From NCBI GenBank assembly GCA_050125095.1, contig JASFEA010000014.1:1-34257 (forward strand): a stretch of 34,257 nucleotides of DNA. Reading direction: 5' to 3'. The notes under the pieces are model-generated. The model searched no databases. It saw only the letters and a list, made by a program, of their open reading frames with translations, and was not told the DNA's origin. Each line of letters starts with the position of its first letter. Position 1 is the first letter of the stretch. Positions 18,217 to 25,949 of the stretch are shown piece after piece. This stretch comes from a bacterium (lineage in GTDB: Bacteria > Arandabacterota > Arandabacteria > Arandabacterales > JALGWA01). The translations under genes were made by a program, and so were the position numbers.

Positions 18217-18218
18217 CT
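18175..18218 (+). terminator. Rho-independent terminator-like hairpin
   Basis: GGGGCGCGTCA-TTATGGCGAG-TGACGCGCCCC (11-bp stem) then TCGTCCTTTTCT; the U-tract is imperfect. Confidence 0.65.
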
Positions 18219-18222
18219 GAGG

Positions 18223-18302
18223 TTGACAAGATTGTCCGGCCTGTCGTATTTTTTCGCCAAGGTTATTTTCTGCTGGAACTTCTGGTCGCGATGCATGTTA
18301 TA
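18223..18302 (+). promoter_or_regulatory. Tandem promoters for the ABC operon (sigma-70-like and ECF/sigmaE-like)
   Basis: TTGACA-N18-TATTTT (18223-18252) and GGAACTT-N15-GTTATA (18275-18302). Confidence 0.5.
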
Positions 18303-18367
18303 GAAATCCGTGGGAGCGATTCGTAAGTCGCGGTACCTCAATTGAGTTGGCAACGGGGTGCTGAACC

Positions 18368-19327
18368 TTGATAGAGGTCAGAAATCTAAGCAAGAGCTTT
18401 GGACGCACTGTCGCCGTTGACGACGTGTCCTTCGAAGTGAGTAAGGGTGAGGTACTCGGTTTCCTCGGGCCCAACGGCGCCGGCAAGACCACCACGATGC
18501 GCATTCTGACATGCTATCTTGCGCCCGACAGCGGGTCGGCCTCCGTGGCCGGTTACGATGTGCTCAGCGACTCGCTGGAGGTCAGGAGGCGGGTCGGCTA
18601 TCTTCCCGAAAATGCGCCCATCTATCAGGACATGGACGTGATTTCCTATCTCGAATTCGTCGCCGAGGTGCGCGGCATCCCCCGTGAGGACCGCAGGCGG
18701 CGCATCGACGGCATGGTTGACGTCTGCGGCCTGGGAAAGGTGGTCGGCAGGGGAGTCGGCGAGCTCTCGAAGGGTTATAAGCAGCGTGTGGGCCTTGCCC
18801 AGACGCTGATACATGATCCGGAGTTCCTGATTCTCGACGAGCCCACTACCGGGCTCGATCCGTCCCAGATCATCGAGATACGCGAGCTGATAAAGGAAAT
18901 AGGCAGAGAGCGCACCGTCATTCTGAGCACTCATATTCTCCCCGAGGTTGAAGCTACCTGCTCGCGCGTCATCATCATAAACGAGGGCTCGCTTGTGGCA
19001 AGCGGGACGCCCGAGGAGCTGCACTCGGCTGCGGGCGGCGAGGACACCATACATGTATCGATCAGGGGCGACGAGGCGGCGGTAAAGGCGGCTCTTGCGG
19101 GCATGAGAGGCGTGACGGGCGTGACGGGGGCGGGGCCGGGTCCGGAAGGATTCACGTCGTACACGCTCAAAGCGACCGGCGGAGGCGACCTGGGCGAGAC
19201 CATATTCCGCGCCGCGGTAGAGAACGGCTGGACGCTTAACGAGCTGAGAAGGGAGGCATTGAGCCTGGAAGACATTTTCCTGAAACTCACGACTTCCGAG
19301 CCGGGAAGGGGGTCAGCGGAGGGATGA
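18368..19327 (+). CDS. ABC transporter ATP-binding protein (GldA-like)
   Basis: GPNGAGKTT, LSKGYKQRVGLAQ, ILDEPT, LSTHIL. Confidence 0.92.
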   Translation: MIEVRNLSKSFGRTVAVDDVSFEVSKGEVLGFLGPNGAGKTTTMRILTCYLAPDSGSASVAGYDVLSDSLEVRRRVGYLPENAPIYQDMDVISYLEFVAEVRGIPREDRRRRIDGMVDVCGLGKVVGRGVGELSKGYKQRVGLAQTLIHDPEFLILDEPTTGLDPSQIIEIRELIKEIGRERTVILSTHILPEVEATCSRVIIINEGSLVASGTPEELHSAAGGEDTIHVSIRGDEAAVKAALAGMRGVTGVTGAGPGPEGFTSYTLKATGGGDLGETIFRAAVENGWTLNELRREALSLEDIFLKLTTSEPGRGSAEG

Positions 19328-20034
19328 GAAACACTGGCCCCATATTCAAGCGGGAGCTTGCCGGCTACTTCAATTCACCTATCGCCTACATCTTCATAAC
19401 CGTATTCCTGGGTCTTTCGAGCTGGCTCTTCTTCAAGGGTTTCTTCGTGTTAGGACAGGCGTCGCTCCGGATGTTCTTCGGCATAATCCCGTGGATTTTT
19501 CTCTTCTTCGTGCCGGCGATAACCATGCGGCTCTGGGCGGAGGAGCGCAAGGTCGGAACCATGGAGCTCCTCATGACGCTTCCGGTGACCGATGCCGAAG
19601 CCGTCCTGGGCAAATACCTGGCAAGTTTCGCGTTTCTCGGGCTCAGCCTGGCGCTCTCCCTGGTGATCCCGGTATTCGTGGCCGTTCTCGGAGATCCGGA
19701 TCCGGGGCAGGTCGTCGGAGGATACATGGGCGCCGTGCTGATGGGCGGCGCGTTTCTCGCCATCGGGCTCTTCGTATCCAGCCTCACCGAAAACCAGATA
19801 GTGGCCTTCATTATCTCGGTGGTTGTCACCTTCGGCCTGTTCATTCTCGGCGAGGACTTCGTGCTGTTCGGGATTCCCGACTGGCTGGTTCCGGTGTTCA
19901 GTTTCGCCGGGCTCGGCGGCCACTATGACAGCATAAGCCGCGGCGTACTGGACAGCCGCGACATCATCTACTATGTCTCGATAATTGTGTTCTTCCTTTA
20001 TCTGAACGTTAAGTCAATAGAAGCGAGGAAGTGA
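19324..20034 (+). CDS. ABC-2 permease (GldF-like)
   Basis: YFNSPIAY, PAITMRLWAEERKVGTMELLMTLP, ENQIVAF, RGVLDSRDIIYY; about six TM segments. Confidence 0.9.
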   Translation: MRNTGPIFKRELAGYFNSPIAYIFITVFLGLSSWLFFKGFFVLGQASLRMFFGIIPWIFLFFVPAITMRLWAEERKVGTMELLMTLPVTDAEAVLGKYLASFAFLGLSLALSLVIPVFVAVLGDPDPGQVVGGYMGAVLMGGAFLAIGLFVSSLTENQIVAFIISVVVTFGLFILGEDFVLFGIPDWLVPVFSFAGLGGHYDSISRGVLDSRDIIYYVSIIVFFLYLNVKSIEARK

Positions 20035-21626
20035 GGTCTATGGCGGCGGGACGGCAACGCAGCGCGATGGTGGTGGAGATAATAGTCGTGGCCGCCGTGC
20101 TCGCATTTGTGAACCTGCTGTCGCTCAAGTTCTTTGTCAGGGCCGATCTCACTGAGGGGCGGGTATTCAGTGTCTCGGAATCCACGAAGCGGGTTCTCGG
20201 GGACCTCGATGATATAGTCCACATAAAGGTCTACTTCTCCGAAAAACTCCCGCCCTATATGGCCACGCTCAGGCAGGAGGTGCGGGACGTTCTAGGCGAG
20301 TACCAGGCCTACGCCGGCAAGAACCTCATGATCGATTTTGAGGATCCCGCGGAGAGCCCCGAGACCGAGCAGCGCGTGCGCTCGCTGGGAATTCCCCAGG
20401 TCCAGATGAACATCATCGAGAAGGACAAGGCCGAGGTCGTGAACGGCTATCTGGGCATGGCCATACTCTATGAGGACCGCAGCGAGGTGCTGCCGGTCGT
20501 AAGCAATGCCGCCAACCTGGAATACGACCTCACGTCGGCCATAATCAAGGTCTCGATGGACGAAGTGAAGACCGTCGGATTCCTGAAGGTCGATGCGGAG
20601 CGGAACCTCAGCGAGGCATACGAGTCCTGGATGACGGAGCTGAGGAACCAGTATGAGGTCAGGGAAATAGGGGTTTCGGACGGCAGCCTGGTTCCGGAGG
20701 ACGTCAATACTCTGGTTGTGGCCGGTCCCAAAGAGGTGCCTGAGTGGGACTCCTATGCCATCGACCAGTTCCTGATGCGTGGCGGCCGGGTTCTTTTCCT
20801 GGTCGACAAGATAGGCATACTGCAGGGCGAACTCGCGGGTATCAGGGTAAACACGGGCATTGACTCGCTGCTGGCGACTTATGGCGTTGAGGTGAAGCCG
20901 GACCTTGTTGTGGACCGCTCCGCGGGCACGGCGACCTTCGTGAGCGGCTTCGTGCGCTTCTCGGTGCCCTACCTCTTGTGGCCGATGGTGCTCAAGGACG
21001 ATCTTGATGACATATCTCCCATCACGAACCAGCTCGAGCGCGTGGTCTTCACGTGGACCAGCAGCATAGAACTGGGGCAGCCGGCGGGCGGGCCTGTTGA
21101 GGTTACAGTCCTCGCCAGGAGTTCCGAGCAATCCTGGTCGGAGGAGAGGCGCCTTAACCTCGACCCGCAGCAGAGATTCCTTCCTATGACCGATACGGGT
21201 CACCGTAACCTGGCCGTTCTGCTCGAGGGGAGCTTCGAGTCCCGCTTCGCGGGACGCGACATCCCGTCGGCGGCGGCCGAAGAGGGCGGCGCGGAGATTC
21301 CCGCCCCGCCCGGCTACGAGAAACTGGACCGCAGCCCCGATACGCAGATAGTGGTCATAGGGAACTCGCGTTTCGGCGAGCAAGCTTATCTCAGCCAGTA
21401 CCCGGAGAACAGGACGTTCCTGCTGAATGCGGTCGACTGGCTGACCCTGGGGGAAAGCCTCATTGGAATCCGTTCCAGGACGGTCACCTCGCGGCCGGTC
21501 AGGGAGGTCAGCGAAGGGGCGAAAGCGACCATTCGCTTCGTGGCCACATTCGGTGTTCCCATCGCTGTAATCATATGGGGCCTGATGAGGCGCCATTTCA
21601 AGAAGAGGAGGCGGTTGGCGGCGTGA
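20031..21626 (+). CDS. GldG-like ABC transporter auxiliary protein
   Basis: RADLTEGRVFSVSEST, NLEYDLTSAI, IDQFLMRGG, NAVDWL, IRSR; N- and C-terminal TM. Start is 20031 or 20040. Confidence 0.85.
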   Translation: MRSMAAGRQRSAMVVEIIVVAAVLAFVNLLSLKFFVRADLTEGRVFSVSESTKRVLGDLDDIVHIKVYFSEKLPPYMATLRQEVRDVLGEYQAYAGKNLMIDFEDPAESPETEQRVRSLGIPQVQMNIIEKDKAEVVNGYLGMAILYEDRSEVLPVVSNAANLEYDLTSAIIKVSMDEVKTVGFLKVDAERNLSEAYESWMTELRNQYEVREIGVSDGSLVPEDVNTLVVAGPKEVPEWDSYAIDQFLMRGGRVLFLVDKIGILQGELAGIRVNTGIDSLLATYGVEVKPDLVVDRSAGTATFVSGFVRFSVPYLLWPMVLKDDLDDISPITNQLERVVFTWTSSIELGQPAGGPVEVTVLARSSEQSWSEERRLNLDPQQRFLPMTDTGHRNLAVLLEGSFESRFAGRDIPSAAAEEGGAEIPAPPGYEKLDRSPDTQIVVIGNSRFGEQAYLSQYPENRTFLLNAVDWLTLGESLIGIRSRTVTSRPVREVSEGAKATIRFVATFGVPIAVIIWGLMRRHFKKRRRLAA

Positions 21627-22555
21627 GAAGGACGAATATCCTGGTTACTGCTCTGGTCTTGCTTGCGGGCATATACACCATAGTATCGTTCAGCGACAGG
21701 CGGGGCTCGGGACCGGAACCGCTCTTCCCGGATTTCGAGGCGGAAACGGCGGCGGCTATATATATAGAAGCAAGTGGAGAGAAAGTGACGCTCAAGAAGG
21801 CGGCCGGGGGGTGGACTGTTCCCAGCGAGGACTCGCTGCCCGCGGACCCGCGCGGAGTCGAGGCCATACTCGCGAAGGTGGCAGATTTCTCTCTCAAGGA
21901 CAGGGTATCCGCGAATCCCGGCAAGCGTTCGGTCTACCAGGTGGATACCTCGGGTGTCTTCGTGAGTATCGTGGGCGAAGACGGCGACACCACGGCGGCC
22001 TTCGTGGTGGGCAAGGTCGGTCCCGACTACCAGAGCTCCTACGTGAGGGACGCCTGGAGCGACGACGTGATACTTACGACCGGGTACCTGCGCTCGATGT
22101 TCGACCGAGGCGAGATGACCTGGCAGGACCGGCTGGTCTTCCACTATAAGCCCGATGAGATAAGCATGATCACCATATCCAGGGGCGAGGAGAAGTACAC
22201 CCTCAGCCCCGGCGCCGGCGGCGAATGGCACATCGCGGCGCCCGAGAGCAGCGCCTGCCGCCAGGACCGCGCCACGCGCCTGGTCCGGATGCTCTCTATC
22301 CTGAGGTGCGAAGACTTCGCGGGCAGGCTGCCCATGCCCGCTGCCAATGTGGACGCCGGCGACACGACGCTCTGGTTCGCCACCGTCGGCGGAAACGAGC
22401 ACCGGCTGGCTTTCGGAAGCGAGAACGAACAGCAGCGCGTCTACTTCGTTAAGGACGACTCGGACATCGTCTATCTGCTTTCCCGCATAAAGGTCAATCA
22501 GCTGCTGCCATCTCTGAGCGAGATGCTTCCGGAGGAACCCGGGGCCGCCGAGTGA
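21623..22555 (+). CDS. DUF4340-like membrane-anchored periplasmic protein
   Basis: N-terminal TM, duplicated W...(A/C).. modules, WQDR; typical fourth gene of gldAFG-like operons. GTG 21623 overlaps the upstream stop. Confidence 0.7.
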   Translation: MRRTNILVTALVLLAGIYTIVSFSDRRGSGPEPLFPDFEAETAAAIYIEASGEKVTLKKAAGGWTVPSEDSLPADPRGVEAILAKVADFSLKDRVSANPGKRSVYQVDTSGVFVSIVGEDGDTTAAFVVGKVGPDYQSSYVRDAWSDDVILTTGYLRSMFDRGEMTWQDRLVFHYKPDEISMITISRGEEKYTLSPGAGGEWHIAAPESSACRQDRATRLVRMLSILRCEDFAGRLPMPAANVDAGDTTLWFATVGGNEHRLAFGSENEQQRVYFVKDDSDIVYLLSRIKVNQLLPSLSEMLPEEPGAAE

Positions 22556-23775
22556 CCCGGCGACTCTACCAGCAAGACGCCTACAGAACCGGGTTCGACG
22601 CCGTGGTCTCCGCGGTTATGGATGTAAACGGCAGGCCCGGCGTCGTTCTGGAAGGCACCTACTTCTATCCGGAATCCGGCGGGCAGCCTTGCGATACCGG
22701 CACCCTTGGCGGCGTGGCCGTGGAGGCCGTCGTGGAAGAGGGCGGTGACGTGATACACCTCCTCGCCGCCCGGCCGGAGTTCGGTCCCGGGGACCGCGTG
22801 GAGGGCGTAATCGACTGGCGCCGAAGGTTCATGAACATGCAGCAGCACACCGGGCAGCACATCCTATCGCAGGCTTTCGAGCGGGTGCTGGGCGCGCCGA
22901 CGGTGTCCTCGGCCCTCGGCACCGGGCACTCCACTATCGACGTGGCGCGGCTGGGGCTCACGTGGGAGGACATGGCACGCGTGGAGGCCCTGGCCAATGA
23001 CATGGTGTATGAGGACAGGGCCGTTGAGATCTGCGAGGTGTCGCCCGAAGAGGCAGGCGATATCCGGACCAAGAAGACGGGCAGGCCGGGTGTGGAGAGA
23101 CGGCTTGTGAGGATCGTGGAGGTATATGACTTCGACCGCTCGCCCTGCGGGGGCACGCATACCAGGCGCTCCGGCGAGGTCGGGCATATCAAGATAATCC
23201 GCTGGGAGAAGGTGCGCGACGCGACGCGCGTCGAGTTTTTATGCGGCCTGCTGGCCGGCGAGGACTACTTCTGGAAGAACAGATTCGTCGTGGACCTGGC
23301 GCAGAAGATGACGACACGGGACACCAATCTCCCCGGGCTCATAGACGATCTCGTCATAGAGGGCAAATCTCTCCGCAGGGAGATATCCGGGCTGAAGGCG
23401 GACCTCGCCATGTGCCGCCTGGGCGACCTCAGGGCGGCCGCCGAGAAGGTCGGGAACATAAGCGTCATCGCGGCCACTTTCGATGACCTGGGGCTGCCGG
23501 AGCTGCGGCAGGTGGCCCTCAAGGCGGTAGAGGGCGGTTCTACGGTTGCCCTGTTCTGCCTGAAGGGGGAGAAGGCCCAGTTCGTGTTTTCCAGGTCGGA
23601 TGGCGTCCCGGTCGACATGCGGGAGCCCATGAACGCGGCATGCGAGGTCGTGGGCGGCCGGGGAGGGGGCAAACCCGAAGTCGCCCAGGGCGGGGGCGAC
23701 GGCGCGGACCTCGCTGAAGAGGCAATTGCCAGAGCTCTCATTACAGTGAGGTCGCTGCTTGCCGATATGGGTTGA
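22552..23775 (+). CDS. Alanyl-tRNA editing protein AlaX-L type with a DHHA1 domain
   Basis: FYPESGGQPCDTG, MQQHTGQHILS, CGGTH, GGRGGGKPEVAQGGG. Confidence 0.9.
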   Translation: MTRRLYQQDAYRTGFDAVVSAVMDVNGRPGVVLEGTYFYPESGGQPCDTGTLGGVAVEAVVEEGGDVIHLLAARPEFGPGDRVEGVIDWRRRFMNMQQHTGQHILSQAFERVLGAPTVSSALGTGHSTIDVARLGLTWEDMARVEALANDMVYEDRAVEICEVSPEEAGDIRTKKTGRPGVERRLVRIVEVYDFDRSPCGGTHTRRSGEVGHIKIIRWEKVRDATRVEFLCGLLAGEDYFWKNRFVVDLAQKMTTRDTNLPGLIDDLVIEGKSLRREISGLKADLAMCRLGDLRAAAEKVGNISVIAATFDDLGLPELRQVALKAVEGGSTVALFCLKGEKAQFVFSRSDGVPVDMREPMNAACEVVGGRGGGKPEVAQGGGDGADLAEEAIARALITVRSLLADMG

Positions 23776-23801
23776 CAGTAGACGCCCGCCCTTCTTAAGA
23801 T
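23772..23801 (+). promoter_or_regulatory. sigma-70-type promoter
   Basis: TTGACA-N18-TAAGAT upstream of the PorV-like gene. Confidence 0.5.
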
Positions 23802-23829
23802 ATATGGGGATATCATATGGAGGTTGAGG

Positions 23830-24768
23830 ATGGGAAAGCGGTATGCTCTGGCATTAGTTCTTCTTTTTATATGGGTTGCGGTGGGGCACGCGGAGACTTC
23901 GGCAATGAGGTCTCTTCTAATTCACACGTCGCCCAAAGTCACTGCAATGGGCGACGCGTGTTCGGCTGTTCCCGACGCGATATGCGCTGAGGTGAACCCT
24001 GCGGCGGTGGGTTTCGCGGAGGGCACGCTCTTAGGATTCTCGCATACCAGCTGGTTCGAGGGCGTCGACCTGGGCGCATTCGATATGTATGCGGCGAGCC
24101 GTAATCATGGTTTCGGAGTGTCGCTTGTGGGGCTCGGCTCGGGAGATATGGAGAAGTACACCGCCGACGACCACTACCAGGGCACATTCCGCGTCTTCGA
24201 TTTCTACGTGAACGCGCTTTATTCCTACAGGGTCATGTCCACAATGACACTAGGGGTCACCGGCCGGGTTGTATATGAGAAAATTGACTGGGAGTCCGCA
24301 ACCGGATTCGCATTCGACCTCGGCGGGCTGTACGAGACCCCCGAGACGCTTCTCGGAGGCATATGGGGGCTGGGCCTTGCCGCAAGGAATCTGGGCCCTT
24401 CGGTCACATACACCGACGGCTCGAGCGATCTGCCCTATACGTTCCAGGGCGGCGTTTCGTACAGGCCCGGATGGCTTCCCGAGCAGATCGGCGCCATTGT
24501 CTCGCTCGACTACAGAAAGACGCGCTATGAGGACGCAAGCCCTCTGGCCGGGCTGGAGATCGAAATCGCCGACATAGTGGCTCTGAGAGCCGGAGGCCGT
24601 TTCAATCACGCAGTCGGGGACATTACTTTCGGTGCCGGCGTTAAGCTCAGGAGCATCATGGTCGACTACGCCTATGTCGATTATTCCGAGGCCCTGGGCA
24701 GCACGCATAGAATGGCGATCGCCTTCAACTCCGGCCTGATCTTCCCGAGCCCCGAGCAATCCAGATAA
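23830..24768 (+). CDS. PorV/PorQ (UPF0164)-like outer-membrane beta-barrel protein
   Basis: Signal peptide; AMGDA...NPA, SHTSW, FAFDLG, RNLG, ALRAG, DYAY...LGSTHR. Confidence 0.75.
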   Translation: MGKRYALALVLLFIWVAVGHAETSAMRSLLIHTSPKVTAMGDACSAVPDAICAEVNPAAVGFAEGTLLGFSHTSWFEGVDLGAFDMYAASRNHGFGVSLVGLGSGDMEKYTADDHYQGTFRVFDFYVNALYSYRVMSTMTLGVTGRVVYEKIDWESATGFAFDLGGLYETPETLLGGIWGLGLAARNLGPSVTYTDGSSDLPYTFQGGVSYRPGWLPEQIGAIVSLDYRKTRYEDASPLAGLEIEIADIVALRAGGRFNHAVGDITFGAGVKLRSIMVDYAYVDYSEALGSTHRMAIAFNSGLIFPSPEQSR

Positions 24769-24774
24769 GTCCTC

Positions 24775-24947
24775 AGGGGTCAATTCGAGGGGTCAGGTCT
24801 CCAAATGCACACATTGTTGGGGTCAGGTCTCCAAATGCACACGACCTGGGGAGACAGGTATTATCAGGTACTATAATGCGCGGCCCGGGGCCTGGACACG
24901 TGCGGTGCATTGTGCATTTCAAGACCTGACCCCTAGATTTGACCCCT
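24775..24947. mobile_element. Non-autonomous inverted-repeat element (MITE/REP-like), 173 bp
   Basis: 37-bp terminal inverted repeats 24775-24811 and 24911-24947 (33/37 identical), plus an internal direct duplication of GGGGTCAGGTCTCCAAATGCACAC (24789-24812 and 24819-24842). Confidence 0.7.
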
Positions 24948-24950
24948 AGA

Positions 24951-25697
24951 TTATTCCCGGGGCCAGCGCTTTATCTCCAGATTGCCGCCCTCGCAGAGGC
25001 CGTAAGTGAAGTGGTAGATCCAGTCGCCCACGACCAGGCAGGTGGCCCCGCCGGCCTCGAAAGTATAGGGTTTGTGCATGTGTCCCAGGACGACATAATC
25101 GAAGCCCTCCCTGGCCTTCTTTTCGGTAAACGAATGGAGGAGATCGGTGTTGTCCTTATCCAGGCTGGAGCTCCGCTTCCTGCTCGACTGCGAAAACCGC
25201 CTGGCCAGGAAGAGCCCGACATCCGGGTGGAGCGTCTTGAAAGTAGCCGTAACCAGCGGGCTGTGGAGGAATGACTTGAGCGCCCTGTAGCCCTTGTCAC
25301 CGGTGGTCGCGACCCCGTCGCCATGTGATATGTAAAATCGTTTGCCCTGGATGGTGGCCTCCAGGTATTCGGGATAGGTCTCCAGGCCCACCTCCTCGGA
25401 CAGGAAATCGCCCATCCAGAAGTCGTGGTTTCCGGCCACGTAGGCCACCCGGCAGCCGGCGTCAACCATGGAGCTGAGACGCGCGAGCACCTTGAAGGGC
25501 TTCCTGGGCACTACCATGGCGTACTCGATCCAGAAATCTATGAGGTCGCCTACAATGTATAGATCGCCCCTGCGGGCCAGAATTTCGTCCAGGAGGCCGT
25601 AGAGCATGGGCAGGGACCGCTCTTCGACGTCCGGATAGCCCCCCAGATGGGCGTCTGACAGGAAATAAGCGGGTTTTGAGACCTCATTTTCGGACAT
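24951..25697 (-). CDS. lpxH: UDP-2,3-diacylglucosamine diphosphatase (LpxH-like metallophosphoesterase)
   Basis: SDAHLG, GDLIDFW, GNHDFW, HGDG, GHMH, GDW. Confidence 0.8.
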   Translation of the reverse strand: MSENEVSKPAYFLSDAHLGGYPDVEERSLPMLYGLLDEILARRGDLYIVGDLIDFWIEYAMVVPRKPFKVLARLSSMVDAGCRVAYVAGNHDFWMGDFLSEEVGLETYPEYLEATIQGKRFYISHGDGVATTGDKGYRALKSFLHSPLVTATFKTLHPDVGLFLARRFSQSSRKRSSSLDKDNTDLLHSFTEKKAREGFDYVVLGHMHKPYTFEAGGATCLVVGDWIYHFTYGLCEGGNLEIKRWPRE

Positions 25698-25736
25698 GCA
25701 ACCTCCCTGCGTCCGGAGCGTCTAAAGGTCGGGAGG

Positions 25737-25765
25737 AATATAGCAGACCAAAGAGGGTAGGGCAA
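25737..25765 (-). promoter_or_regulatory. sigma-70-type promoter for the lpxH-like gene
   Basis: Minus strand TTGCCC-N17-TATATT with an extended -10 TG; SD GGGAGG before the ATG. Confidence 0.5.
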
Positions 25766-25773
25766 GAAAAGTG

Positions 25774-25802
25774 TTGACACTATGTATAAGGTTGGATAAA
25801 AT
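25774..25802 (+). promoter_or_regulatory. sigma-70-type promoter
   Basis: TTGACA-N17-TAAAAT. Confidence 0.7.
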
Positions 25803-25817
25803 TGACTTTGTCCTAAT

Positions 25818-25847
25818 GGCGGGGTACGCCAGCCCCGCCTGCTTTTT
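25818..25847 (+). terminator. Terminator/attenuator-like hairpin in the degP leader
   Basis: GGCGGGG-TACGCCAG-CCCCGCC then TGCTTTTT. Confidence 0.55.
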
Positions 25848-25873
25848 GGATCGGGGTGGATTGGGCCTCAAGT

Positions 25874-25901
25874 GGAACTTATCGTCAGGTTTCCGGTTTA
25901 A
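25874..25901 (+). promoter_or_regulatory. ECF/sigmaE-like promoter of degP
   Basis: GGAACTT-N15-GTTTAA; GGAACTT is the sigmaE -35 consensus and degP is a classic sigmaE target. Confidence 0.6.
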
Positions 25902-25949
25902 TCCATTGGAAGTAGGGGGACGAGTTTCACCACGACAAGGGGGAGTAGT

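Noticed and set aside
24789-24842. Possible mini CRISPR array
   Set aside because: Only two 24-bp copies with a 6-bp spacer, no cas genes, and an inverted third copy; it fits an inverted-repeat element better.
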